From the NCBI GenBank assembly GCA_964501945.1, contig CAZCTY010000001.1:49187-113186 (forward strand): a DNA stretch of 64,000 bases. Direction: 5' to 3'. A program made the position numbers and the translations under genes. A model generated the notes under the pieces. That model saw only the letters and a program-made list of their open reading frames with translations, searched no databases and had not been told where the DNA came from. Below, in pieces: positions 29,101-39,274 of this stretch (its first letter is position 1; each line of letters opens with the position of its first letter). The DNA is from an uncultured Methanosarcinales archaeon (GTDB lineage: Archaea; Nanobdellota; Nanobdellia; Woesearchaeales; 21-14-0-10-32-9).

Positions 29101-31866
29101 AAGAATTGTCTCATTAACAAACTCACCTGAAAAATTATGCTCAAATAAAACAGAATCAACACCAAAATTATCAAACCAAGAAATACTAAAATTATGAACT
29201 TTACCCTCACTAAAATTAGTAGGACTTAGAAAAGAAGTATTAATATCAAAATACTTAGGAGGTGTAGTGTCAACTAAAACAGAAAAAGTCTCAGCGAAAG
29301 AAGACCTACCACTAAGATCAAAACACCTAACACTCCAAGAAAACACACCATCATCTAAACTTCTAGAAATAATATTTTGAGAACCACTAACAGGATTTAA
29401 TAAGCTATCAACCACATCAAAAGAACCAGACTCATTAGTATAAAGAGAACAATAATCTAAATTATCATCAAGCGGAATAAAAACAAAATCAACAACATTA
29501 GAAGTATACCAAGAATCATTAACAGGAGATATTAAATCAACAACTGGATCAACCAAGTCAACAAAAAAAGTCCTAGTATCAGATACACCAACCTGATTAT
29601 CCAAAGAATCATCAACACACTCAACCCGCCAAGAATGAGAACCATCAAAACCACCAATACTAAAATTAAAAGAAGAAAAAGTATCAACATCCTCAACAGT
29701 TTCATTAAGCGAATCATCAACAAATAAAGAACAATTATCAATACCAACAGCGCTCTCAACAACTAACTCAAAGAAAATAGTAGAAGAATTCAAAAAAACA
29801 TTATCGTCAGGATTTAAAAGAGAAATAACAGGAGGATCAACTTCTAAAGCCTCAACTTCAAGAGAATAAACATCAGAAAAACCAACCCAATTAGAAGAGT
29901 CAACACAAGAAACCTGCCAAGAATAAATACCATCAGACAAAAACCTCTCAAAAGAATTAAAACCCTCAAAGACATCAAAAGAAGTACGCTCAACACTACC
30001 ATTAATTAAAAGAGAACAAGACTCAACATCAGAGTAAGAATCAAAAACACTATAATTAAAAAAAACAAGATTAGACTCATTAAACAAGTAACCATCCACA
30101 GGAGAAACCAAATCAATAACAGGAGGAGACAAATCAACAACCAAAGTCCTATTATCCGATGCAAAAGCACTATTACCTGCCAAATCAAAACACTCAACAT
30201 TCCACAAATTAAAACCCTCAACTAACTGACCAGATAAAAAATTAGAACCCTCACTAATTGTATCAGAAGAATTAATAACGCTCCAAGAATTAGAAGAATT
30301 AGTATACAAATAACAAACATCTAAAGTATTATCATCAAACACAGAGAATTCAAATTCAAAAAAAGAATAATTACTAATAAAAAAATCAGCAGTACTCAAA
30401 GAAACACTAGGAGGCGTGTTATCAGTAGTATACATAAAAACAGAACTATTAACAACATTACCAAAAACATTGTACGCTGACACGCCCCAAAAATAAGTCT
30501 CATCAAAACCAAGATTAGAAGATAAAAACAATCCAGTCTCAAAAACATCAAACGAAGACTCAACAAATAAAGGATCAGACAAATCACTATTCAAAGAAAC
30601 AAACAAAGTATAATTACCAAAAAAATCCTCGCTAGTAGGCTCCCACGAAAATAACGGAGATAAGTTTTTTGATTCAAAACCATCAACAGGACTAAGCAAA
30701 TCAAAATCATCAGGAACAACCTTTTCAACAACAAAACTCAAATCAGGATAAAAAACACCGCTCTTACCAAGATTATCCTCCGCATAAATACTAACAACTT
30801 CGTACGTACCACTACTCATCGTATCAGAAAAATCCAAAAAGAATTCATCACCATCACGATCAAGCAAGAAAACTTCCTCAACGCCAGAAGGATACTTAAT
30901 TGTAACATTAGCATAATCAACACCAAAATAATCAGTTATAGAAACATTAAACCTAATAGTCTCACTTTGATTAATAACAGTTTCATTTAACGTAGCACCC
31001 TCAAAGATAGGGGGCTCAGAATTCATAAAAAAAGAAAAATTATCCTCACCAAAAGATGACCTACCAAAATCATTCTCACAGAGAACATTCCAAGAATAAT
31101 AACCATCATTCTCAGAGATAGAAAAAGATGAAACAGTATCATTACCAACATCAACCAACTCATCAACAAAATCCCAAGAACCACTAAAATTACCAAACAA
31201 AGAACAAGAACTAATACTAGAATAAAAATCATCAATCACAACGAAATCAAGACTCGCAGGAGATGTTAAAATAACATCATCAACCTCTGGCGATAAAAGA
31301 GAAACAACAGGAGGAAGAGGACCAGTATCAACCTCTAAATAAGACGCATAAACCAAAGCATTCGTAGGCTGACCACCACTAGCTCTCTCAACCGTCCCTA
31401 AATAAAGACGCAAATCATCAAGAGAACCAGAAGGACTATCCCAAGTACAACTAAACCAACCAAGACCAGAACTACCAGGAACGAATTCACTACATACATT
31501 ATTTGAACCTTGCCTTAAATAAAAAGTAAACTCAGCAGTATTACCAGTACTTGCATAAACCCAAAGAGTGATATTTTCAACAAATTCTTCAACAACTTCA
31601 GGAAAACCAAACTCAGACGAAACACCATCTCCCATTCTAGAGTCAACAAAACTACTAGTACTAGGACTGTCAGGAAAACGAGCAGAATCAATGATTTCTT
31701 CATGACCCAAAGAACCAGTAGAGCCCCAACCATCTAAAATAGTACTACTAGGATCATAAGTTGCAATTAAACCACTAACAAAACTAGTCGTTGCAGACAA
31801 AAATAAAAGAGATACAACTAATAACAAAAAAATTTTCACACATCCCCCAATTTTTTTTTCAAACAT
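26155..31866 (-). CDS. Giant secreted Ig-repeat protein (1903 aa), paralog of the central part of 15191..22600
   Basis: Collinear shared blocks (GNTAEFT, VERASGGxPT, HNFSGEFV); C-terminal LKEGFNMVSVP-type repeats. Confidence 0.82.
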   Translation of the reverse strand: MFEKKIGGCVKIFLLLVVSLLFLSATTSFVSGLIATYDPSSTILDGWGSTGSLGHEEIIDSARFPDSPSTSSFVDSRMGDGVSSEFGFPEVVEEFVENITLWVYASTGNTAEFTFYLRQGSNNVCSEFVPGSSGLGWFSCTWDSPSGSLDDLRLYLGTVERASGGQPTNALVYASYLEVDTGPLPPVVSLLSPEVDDVILTSPASLDFVVIDDFYSSISSCSLFGNFSGSWDFVDELVDVGNDTVSSFSISENDGYYSWNVLCENDFGRSSFGEDNFSFFMNSEPPIFEGATLNETVINQSETIRFNVSITDYFGVDYANVTIKYPSGVEEVFLLDRDGDEFFLDFSDTMSSGTYEVVSIYAEDNLGKSGVFYPDLSFVVEKVVPDDFDLLSPVDGFESKNLSPLFSWEPTSEDFFGNYTLFVSLNSDLSDPLFVESSFDVFETGLFLSSNLGFDETYFWGVSAYNVFGNVVNSSVFMYTTDNTPPSVSLSTADFFISNYSFFEFEFSVFDDNTLDVCYLYTNSSNSWSVINSSDTISEGSNFLSGQLVEGFNLWNVECFDLAGNSAFASDNRTLVVDLSPPVIDLVSPVDGYLFNESNLVFFNYSVFDSYSDVESCSLLINGSVERTSFDVFEGFNSFERFLSDGIYSWQVSCVDSSNWVGFSDVYSLEVEALEVDPPVISLLNPDDNVFLNSSTIFFELVVESAVGIDNCSLFVDDSLNETVEDVDTFSSFNFSIGGFDGSHSWRVECVDDSLDNQVGVSDTRTFFVDLVDPVVDLISPVNDSWYTSNVVDFVFIPLDDNLDYCSLYTNESGSFDVVDSLLNPVSGSQNIISRSLDDGVFSWSVRCFDLSGRSSFAETFSVLVDTTPPKYFDINTSFLSPTNFSEGKVHNFSISWFDNFGVDSVLFEHNFSGEFVNETILGSDVYWFATKLNASSYSFRWHANDSAGNSNVTDFFDYDVLRGLPDINLYLNSTSDNLSVVEGSFVNISGEVLDPLDGEFSLLIDGSVVLLENGSFSLDYFFAEPGSYNVSLVFNETDNFLGRRISFFVDVIDVTPPVVSLEYPLNNTQISAGPRYFGFSVSDSSPIDHCAFFVDGSLVDNVSGVPRDFVEEFYLSIDEGFYVWRVECVDSFGNLGVSDSWSFEVLDLSDLFVNLSVGDEFEQGALINFNVSVFDLLGDYLSASVDSFAISGNSSVPWWNSSWVSRQNIVLNETLGEDIIEGIASINVSSPGVVCDEVRVVNHESVDSEEVLFLVNNSGSGWCEVLFEVSVPSNSFSSDYFVYYNNSDASAPSDALDLFDSVLFNAHDFDEDGNVQNPQNVLGKNDDTFARLEAVGGGPSTISVLGSGFVDFIPLGSAEEVFVRYRYAVPNANNFVGWYLSYNVEGSGFVNSFSGVNAVSKTTSPWDDITGEFSSLSWNVLNSTVLRGTMQKDGGGGHTTVDVFWFELNVSYKKDVVVTDTALLGEELLVGTFSRDASSSGFLSFNWSTQDLGVGDYSLVVSASRSGFDSAKNFSFISLVPDVTPPSVELLSPLNGSLQDRGVVNFSFSVFDHNLESCSLYLGDESNLSLNVSSSNVSNGLNSFEVELDYGKYVWNVWCNDSFGNFDFADENFSFDVFVPRPVVSSDLYENDSFVISWDLVEGADSYNVYVANSFDNFSDEVNFSVSESFFEYNVSGLSDVFFKITSESNGFESFNSSFAGVSSHTLKEGFNMVSVPFYLSEYELFDGYNDGLRFFSDCLVAIWEFDSSSNSFLRVDLVDGVFVPSEGSESFVEFDPMNGYFFEADDTCSLKIGGVVPDSDVSINLDEGQNLVPWLSLKEKSLPLTGNYDGPVINTDPEFSISHVNFYDPDKNSFVSSSHFVVNDVSYGWSRAINLTPLNSYYFNSKQSSVWLHNPLGDIHE

Positions 31867-31867
31867 A

Positions 31868-34800
31868 TTATTTTATCTCCGTATAAAAAATAACCCTCTC
31901 CAAATCAGGACCTTGATACTCACGAAGAGTGGCAGGAACCCTAATTTCAAAATCATTAATACCGCCCTGATAACCAACTTGATCTTTATTAACCTGAGTT
32001 ATGAAAACAACGTTCTCAGAACCCGAATACTGAGAAGACTCAGAATGATCCCACAAAATACCAGTCTTAAAATTATCAGACGTAGTACTATTTACAACAG
32101 GAACATCCTCAATGGTTTGACCAAAAATTTCAAAAGTCACACCACTTAAAATCTCGCCATTCCTAGTATAAGTATTATTAATAGAATCACCAAACTCATC
32201 AGCACCAAGCGCGTTATCAAGCAACACAAAATCCTCCATACGCACATTATCATTTACATCTTTTCCAAGCGCTTGAAGAGTAGTCCACGAAATCTGAGAA
32301 TCAAAATCCGTAACATAAATATTACTACCAGTAGAATTATCAACATTCCAATCAAACAACAAACCAAGAGATGCATCCGTTACGCGAAGAGAATCATCAG
32401 TAGTACCAAGAGCGTAATGCCAAAACTCTACGCTAATATTACGAGAAGCAATGTTGTTATCATAATCACTTTCAACAACTCTCTGATCAGGATTTACCAC
32501 TGCAAAGATTTCAGTGGAACCAATAGGAACATTAAACGATGTAGAAACATTAATAGCAGAGCCCTCACCTAAAGAATCAACATTAATAGTATCGCCTATT
32601 TGATTACCAACAACATCGACCTCATTAGCCCAAAACTCAACATCAAAATCCTCAGCTAAACCCTCCCCAATGTTCCTAATAGTAGCAGTCACATTAATTA
32701 ATTCTCCCTCACGCGGATTAGTCTCATTGAAATAAATCTCAGTGTTATTAACGCTCAAATCAGGAATAGGAACAAAGAACTCCCATGTATCGCTCACACC
32801 AGGATTCCCTGCGAAATCAAAACAAGTCACATTCCAAACATAAAGACCACCAATCAAACCAGTTAACTCAACAATTTCCTCAACGCCATTAGAAACAGAC
32901 AAATCCTCTCTAACAAGATCGTTGTTTAGAGTTACATCACACACTAAAGGATCAGCTATGTTATCAGTAGCAGTAAAACTAAGATTCACATCACTACTAA
33001 AAACCTCAGAATCATTAACAGGATAATTTAAATTAACAACTGGCGGAACAGTATCAATATTAATAATCAAGGTTTCACTAATATTAACATTACCAGCCAA
33101 ATCCTCTGCGATAACGAAGACTTCATAAGAACCATCAGTTAAACCAGAGAGCTCAGATGACGTTACAACGCCATTATTACCAGAACCACTATCTTCCAAA
33201 GAACCATTCACATAAACCTCGTAATCAATAACGTTCGCCAAATCATCTTCTAAAATAAATTCTAAAATGGGCGAATCATTAAACCAAGTATCATTCTCTG
33301 TAACAAAGGAAACACTAGGAGGAACCAAGTCAACATTTAAAGTCCTCGTATTAGAAACTCCAAGAACATTCAAAACAGTAGTATCAATACACTCAACTCT
33401 CCAACTATAAATGCCTTCCATGTTATTTACAAAGAAAGAATTCTGAGCGTCATTTAAAACAGAAGTATCAGTTTGGTTCAGTTCGTCATTAATAAACAAA
33501 GAACACTGCTCAACACCGGTATCATCAAATACGCGATAGACAAATTCCTGATTAGTTACATTAGTCCAAAGATTATCATCAGGACTAATCAACGTAATTT
33601 CAGGAGGAATAAAAACACTAAAATCACGAGTCTCACTCTCATCAACGTTTCCTGCGAGATCACGACAAGTCACACTCCACGTATGATTATCCTCGCTCAA
33701 ACCAAAAACAGATTCTTGATACGGCACACCGTTTAAAACCTGAATGTTCTCACTTTCAACCTCGCCGTTTATGTTAAGATCACAATACAAAACAGGACTC
33801 AACAAATCAGTAACAGTCCAATTAAAAACAATCGGACTCTCATCTAATAATTCATCTTGCAAAGGATTATGAAGTTCAACTTCAGGAGCTAATAAATCAA
33901 CATAAAAAGAAAAAGGCTCAGGCGCAAAAACATTATTATCAAGATCAGTACACGCAACAGTCCAATTATACTCACCCTCATCTAAATCATCAAGCTCAAA
34001 AGTGTTCAAATTCTTATTTAAAACAGAACTCGTAGATTCAATTACTTCATCATTAATTATTAATTCACATTGAGAAATACCAAAATCATCCTCAGGCAAA
34101 TAAGTCAAAGTTACACTATCAGTATTAAACCAAGAATAATTTTCAGGACTAACTAATGTAACATTAGGAGGCGCATCAACCTCAAAGAAAAACTCCTCTG
34201 ACTGATTATATAAGCCTGCGATGTCAGAACAAAAAACACTCCAAGAATAATTCCCATCAGGCAACAAATAACTAAAATTATGAACAGTATTATTTTCAAC
34301 AAGCAAACTGTCTGGTGTAAGCGAATAAGTATCAACAACAGGCTCATACTCAGTTAAAATAACATCACAATACATCTCAGGACTAACCTCGTCCCTAGCT
34401 AAAAAACTAAACGTGACATTATTAAAAATTTCAACTGTTTCATTTAACGGATTAAACATTAAAATTTCGTAAGGAGGCTCAGTATCAACATAATAAATCC
34501 AAGAATCATCAGCAGAACCAGTCATATCATTAGTATCTGTGCACTGAACGTTCCACCCATAAGCACCATCATCCATGTTCTCAACTAAAAAAGTACTAAC
34601 CTCTCCAAGAGGAGCATCACTAATAGTATCAACAACATCATTATTTAATATCAAAGAACAAACAGGGAATTCCCCACTACCCTCGCTTGGAATAAAACTA
34701 AACTCAGTATCCTGAGAATCACTACCAGTATTATTCGCAGGACTTACAAGAGTAACTTTCGGAGGCAATAAAACCTCGAAGTTAATAGTATCACTAACAT

Positions 34801-37800
34801 TAATGTTCCCAGCTTCATCACTACAAGCAACACTCCAATTATATGAACCAGTAAAAAAACCACCAATCTCTACAGCTACCTCAGAGTTGTTTTCAACAAT
34901 TAAAGATTCAACTAATTCATCATCCAAGAAAACATCACAAGACATATTACTTGAGAATTCATCAATAACATTAAACCTAAAATCATAAGATGACGTTTCA
35001 ACAACTTGCGCATCTAAAGGATCTAAAAGAGATAAACTAGGAGGCGTCCTATCAACGACGAAACTCCAAGTATCGCTCACATTAACATTAGAAAACATAC
35101 CTGAATCCTGACACAAAACACTCCAATCATACAACCCTTCATCTAAATCAGGAACCAAGAAACTAGAAAGCTCACCACTTGAAACATTAGATGAATTACT
35201 CATCTCAAATTCATCGTTTAAATACAACTCACAAAAATCAAAACCATCATTATCAAACGCAAAATAAGACAAATTAATAACTAAATCATTTAAATGAGAC
35301 CCAATAAGAGGAGAATCTAAATTAATAGTAGGGCTTTCATTAATAGTAAAATCACGAGTCTCACTAACATTAACATTACCACCAATATCAACACACATAA
35401 CATTCCAATCATGAAAACCATCAGGCAAACCACTAACAGTTTCTGAAACAGTAACACCGCTCGTAGTGTTAGAGCTAAAAAGAGGCTCATCATTAAAATT
35501 AACAGTACAAGTTAGAGGGTCCCAATTATCAAAACCAGTATAAGAAAACAAAACACTAGAATCTGGGAAATAAGCATCATTAACAGGGCTGTGAAGCTCA
35601 ATAGTCGGTGGAGTAAAATCACCAAAGAAAACCCACGTATCACTAATACCAGTATTATCATTTGAATCTAAACACTCAACGCGCCAAGAATAAGCCTCTT
35701 CCAAGGCATTAAAAGAAAAAGAATTAACTTCATTAGGAACAACCCCTGTATCAGTTTCCTCAAGAGTATCATTTATGAAAAGAGAACATTGCTGCAAACC
35801 AAAACCATCAAACGGAACATACTCTAAAGCGACTGGGCTTGTATTGACGCCGGTAAAATTTTCAGGACTCACCAATTCAACAACAGGAGGAACATCAACA
35901 ATACTAAGATTAAAAGTATCACTAACATTAACATTGCCTGCCAAGTCTTCACACTCAATTCTCCAAGTATAATTACCAATATCAAAACCCTCAACTGTAA
36001 CATTAGACACAGTATCATTAAATGAAGTAACACTCTCAGTTAGAACATCATCAACAAAAATATTACAAGTCATCTCAGAAGACCTAGCATCACGAACAAT
36101 CCACTCAAAATTAACCCAAGACTGAGTCAGAGTATCCTCAGGGATTTGAGGGCTGAAAATGTTTAACTCGTATGGAGGAGTTCTATCAACATCAAAAAAA
36201 GAAACATTAGACTCACCAACAAGGCCACCTATATCAACACATGTAACACTCCAATTATAACTATTCTCACTTAAGCCAGAGACACTAAAAGAGTTCTGAG
36301 AATTAGCACTAGGAGACGTATCAGTGTCCTCAAGAGAACCATCAACGTATAACTCACAATAATCAAGAGTTGAAAAAGTTTGAGGAGTATACAAAAAATC
36401 AATAGGCTCATCATTCACCCAAGAATTATTCTCAGGGAAATCAAGACTAATAACAGGAGGCTCAGTAGTCGCAACAATAACTTCCTCAAAATCACTAACA
36501 GCAGAAGAATACTTTGACTCGACCAAACAACGAACATCAACAACACCAGGAGTTCCACCCTCAAGTGAAATAGTTACAGGCACAGTAGAATTAAAAACAT
36601 CACCTGCAAACTCAGGATTACTTTGCTCAGAGCCAAGAACAACAACACCTGATGTACCAACATCGCTCCAAGAACCACCACTGCGAACCTGCGCGTAAAC
36701 ATCAACATCCAAACAAGAACCTTGCTCACACGCCACATCACAAACCAAATCAAAAGAACCACCCTGACCAACACTCAAAGACTCATTAGGCTGATTCAAA
36801 AAAGCACTAAGACTACCAATTTGAGTAAAACCAAGAACATCAACAAAACTTTCAGGATGATCAACTAAATGATTAAAACTCCTCGCTTGATTAGGATGAT
36901 CATTTTCAATACGAATAACATAAAACAGAGAATCCGTACTCTCAAGCCTAATATCGCTAGGAATAGAACAAGAACCAATATTCGCACTATTATCACTACT
37001 AGCACTAGTACTCTCCTCAGAACAAATCAAAGTATTATCGCCACTATCAGACCGCTTATATAATTGCCAAGAAGGCGTTAAACGATTATCGCCTGCAGAA
37101 AAATAAGTACTAAAATCAACACTAGAACCGCCACTAATCTCTGCACCATTAGAACTCATAAAAGGACTTGTGGCCTCAACTATGGTTACTGTTTGACCAG
37201 ATGAAACAGAACCCGAAATACTATCTTCATCACCATCAGTTTCTTGCGCTAAACCAATCTCACACGGAAAAGTAGAACAATCACCTGTAGCAGTCTCAAA
37301 CCACAAACCCTCATAAATAACAGGAGGCACATCAACAGTTAAAGACCTAGTATCACTAACCGCATCATTACCTGCAACATCATAACACATAATATTCCAA
37401 TTAAAAACATTATTACTAAAAACACTGCTAATAATAACTTCCTCATCACGAGGAACATCATACAAAGTGTTAACCACGCTATCATTTACTAAAAGAGAAC
37501 AATTACTAATGGGGGAATCATCACTAACCTCAAAAGCAAAAGAAACAACACTAGAATCAGTTTCAACAAAATTATCAATAGGACTTACAAGAGAAATACT
37601 AGGAGGAGTTCTATCAATATGAATCGTCCTATTATTAATCCCCCACGCAACATCGGAGTTCTCATCTTCACATAAAACGTTCCAAGAATAAGAACCCTCA
37701 TCACTAAACGAAGCACTCAAAGAATTAACAGAACCCTCAACGACATTACTAGTAGAATTTTTAGAACTCCAACCACCCTCACTAGTATAAAGAGAACAAC

Positions 37801-39274
37801 TCTCAATTAAAGTAGATTCACTATTTGGAACAAACTCAAATAATTGATCTGGGTCTGCACGAGTAATAAAATTATTATTAGGACTTTCCAATACAACAGC
37901 AAAATCGCCAGGCTCAGTATAATTAATAGTAGTCTCAACCTCATTTAAAATCAAACTAAAATAAATAAACCTGTTCTGATTACCAGGAGCATTATAAGTA
38001 ACATCTCCTTCAAGATGAATATAATAAGTACAATAATCAGGCCAATTATCACAATTATCCTCATTAAATGATTGACTGCCGGTTTCATCAATATCACTAT
38101 TAGTCCAAGTAAGAGTTGAAGGCGTAGTAACACTTGATGAACCAACAAGGATTTCATTACCATTACCAAGAACATCATCATTATCAAAATAACCACTCTG
38201 AGAACTACTAGTTATACTAACAGGACCCGCACTATCAAAATCAGCATCAACAACATAAGTTATTTCCTCTAAGAAAAAAGAAACAGCGTTTTGAGGAACC
38301 TGAATAGTATGCTCACAGACAACACTATCACTAAGAGTGCCACCAGAACCTGTAGTGTCAATTACAAAACCACAATCAAGATCATCATCGACCTCAACAA
38401 ATAAAGGATCCTCAGGAGTTAGAGTGAAAGTGTAAACCTCGCCAGGAGTAATATCACGTTTTTTTTGCAAATCACCAAAACACTCCTGAGTAGAAAAATT
38501 ATACTCTTTACAAATATACAAAGTAGTACCCTCAGCAACCACGGAAACAGTAGCCTCATCAAAATCAACAGTCGTAGGATCAATTGCATAACTTTTAACA
38601 CTATCTCTGCCACGAATACTTATAGGATGCGTGATATCTTCAATACCAAGCCGAGGAGGAGCAGTATCACGCAAGCCCCTAAACAAAATATTTTCAACCG
38701 CGTTAATAGGACGATCCAAGGACAAACCACGACCCCTAAAAGTGCCAACCTCTTCGAACCTAACAGGCCTTTTAACATTCGCATGATTTTCAACAATTAA
38801 ACCACCAGGATTATTAATAAAAGAATCTTTTGAACCATCAACTTTTAACTCAGATAAAAAATCATCAACGTCCTCACCCTCAACAAACTCATCATCAAAC
38901 TCACGCGTATCAACAACAACCTCACTAATAACAATATCAGCAGTTTTATCAAACAATTTTATAACATACCTATCAGGCTCAATCAAATTAAACTTAACAG
39001 GAAACTCAGGAACACCAATATAATTATATACTTGAGAACTAGTCTCAACACTCAAAGACAAATAATCAAAATCATCACCTAAAAGCTCAGGCTCAGTATC
39101 AATAAAAATAACATCCTCCCCAGACACAACTTTTTCTCGAGCAATAAGATCTATATCAGAAAACTCAAAATCAGCAAACCCAGATATAGGGACAAAAAAT
39201 AAAAAAAGAGTAAGAACTAGGACGAAACTACAAAGTACTCCTAACCACCCTTTCTTCAACATCTTAAAAAACAC
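31868..39274 (-). CDS. Giant secreted Ig-repeat adhesin-like protein (2468 aa) with CARDB-like and C-terminal subunit-like domain
   Basis: Signal peptide; more than 10 disulfide Ig-like repeats; ends FEIRVPATL...VIFYTEIK. Confidence 0.82.
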   Translation of the reverse strand: MFFKMLKKGWLGVLCSFVLVLTLFLFFVPISGFADFEFSDIDLIAREKVVSGEDVIFIDTEPELLGDDFDYLSLSVETSSQVYNYIGVPEFPVKFNLIEPDRYVIKLFDKTADIVISEVVVDTREFDDEFVEGEDVDDFLSELKVDGSKDSFINNPGGLIVENHANVKRPVRFEEVGTFRGRGLSLDRPINAVENILFRGLRDTAPPRLGIEDITHPISIRGRDSVKSYAIDPTTVDFDEATVSVVAEGTTLYICKEYNFSTQECFGDLQKKRDITPGEVYTFTLTPEDPLFVEVDDDLDCGFVIDTTGSGGTLSDSVVCEHTIQVPQNAVSFFLEEITYVVDADFDSAGPVSITSSSQSGYFDNDDVLGNGNEILVGSSSVTTPSTLTWTNSDIDETGSQSFNEDNCDNWPDYCTYYIHLEGDVTYNAPGNQNRFIYFSLILNEVETTINYTEPGDFAVVLESPNNNFITRADPDQLFEFVPNSESTLIESCSLYTSEGGWSSKNSTSNVVEGSVNSLSASFSDEGSYSWNVLCEDENSDVAWGINNRTIHIDRTPPSISLVSPIDNFVETDSSVVSFAFEVSDDSPISNCSLLVNDSVVNTLYDVPRDEEVIISSVFSNNVFNWNIMCYDVAGNDAVSDTRSLTVDVPPVIYEGLWFETATGDCSTFPCEIGLAQETDGDEDSISGSVSSGQTVTIVEATSPFMSSNGAEISGGSSVDFSTYFSAGDNRLTPSWQLYKRSDSGDNTLICSEESTSASSDNSANIGSCSIPSDIRLESTDSLFYVIRIENDHPNQARSFNHLVDHPESFVDVLGFTQIGSLSAFLNQPNESLSVGQGGSFDLVCDVACEQGSCLDVDVYAQVRSGGSWSDVGTSGVVVLGSEQSNPEFAGDVFNSTVPVTISLEGGTPGVVDVRCLVESKYSSAVSDFEEVIVATTEPPVISLDFPENNSWVNDEPIDFLYTPQTFSTLDYCELYVDGSLEDTDTSPSANSQNSFSVSGLSENSYNWSVTCVDIGGLVGESNVSFFDVDRTPPYELNIFSPQIPEDTLTQSWVNFEWIVRDARSSEMTCNIFVDDVLTESVTSFNDTVSNVTVEGFDIGNYTWRIECEDLAGNVNVSDTFNLSIVDVPPVVELVSPENFTGVNTSPVALEYVPFDGFGLQQCSLFINDTLEETDTGVVPNEVNSFSFNALEEAYSWRVECLDSNDNTGISDTWVFFGDFTPPTIELHSPVNDAYFPDSSVLFSYTGFDNWDPLTCTVNFNDEPLFSSNTTSGVTVSETVSGLPDGFHDWNVMCVDIGGNVNVSETRDFTINESPTINLDSPLIGSHLNDLVINLSYFAFDNDGFDFCELYLNDEFEMSNSSNVSSGELSSFLVPDLDEGLYDWSVLCQDSGMFSNVNVSDTWSFVVDRTPPSLSLLDPLDAQVVETSSYDFRFNVIDEFSSNMSCDVFLDDELVESLIVENNSEVAVEIGGFFTGSYNWSVACSDEAGNINVSDTINFEVLLPPKVTLVSPANNTGSDSQDTEFSFIPSEGSGEFPVCSLILNNDVVDTISDAPLGEVSTFLVENMDDGAYGWNVQCTDTNDMTGSADDSWIYYVDTEPPYEILMFNPLNETVEIFNNVTFSFLARDEVSPEMYCDVILTEYEPVVDTYSLTPDSLLVENNTVHNFSYLLPDGNYSWSVFCSDIAGLYNQSEEFFFEVDAPPNVTLVSPENYSWFNTDSVTLTYLPEDDFGISQCELIINDEVIESTSSVLNKNLNTFELDDLDEGEYNWTVACTDLDNNVFAPEPFSFYVDLLAPEVELHNPLQDELLDESPIVFNWTVTDLLSPVLYCDLNINGEVESENIQVLNGVPYQESVFGLSEDNHTWSVTCRDLAGNVDESETRDFSVFIPPEITLISPDDNLWTNVTNQEFVYRVFDDTGVEQCSLFINDELNQTDTSVLNDAQNSFFVNNMEGIYSWRVECIDTTVLNVLGVSNTRTLNVDLVPPSVSFVTENDTWFNDSPILEFILEDDLANVIDYEVYVNGSLEDSGSGNNGVVTSSELSGLTDGSYEVFVIAEDLAGNVNISETLIINIDTVPPVVNLNYPVNDSEVFSSDVNLSFTATDNIADPLVCDVTLNNDLVREDLSVSNGVEEIVELTGLIGGLYVWNVTCFDFAGNPGVSDTWEFFVPIPDLSVNNTEIYFNETNPREGELINVTATIRNIGEGLAEDFDVEFWANEVDVVGNQIGDTINVDSLGEGSAINVSTSFNVPIGSTEIFAVVNPDQRVVESDYDNNIASRNISVEFWHYALGTTDDSLRVTDASLGLLFDWNVDNSTGSNIYVTDFDSQISWTTLQALGKDVNDNVRMEDFVLLDNALGADEFGDSINNTYTRNGEILSGVTFEIFGQTIEDVPVVNSTTSDNFKTGILWDHSESSQYSGSENVVFITQVNKDQVGYQGGINDFEIRVPATLREYQGPDLERVIFYTEIK

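Noticed and set aside
15191..39274. Provirus structural genes or diversity-generating retroelement targets
   Set aside because: No capsid, terminase, integrase or reverse transcriptase recognised; no adenine-specific template/variable repeat pair noticed by eye
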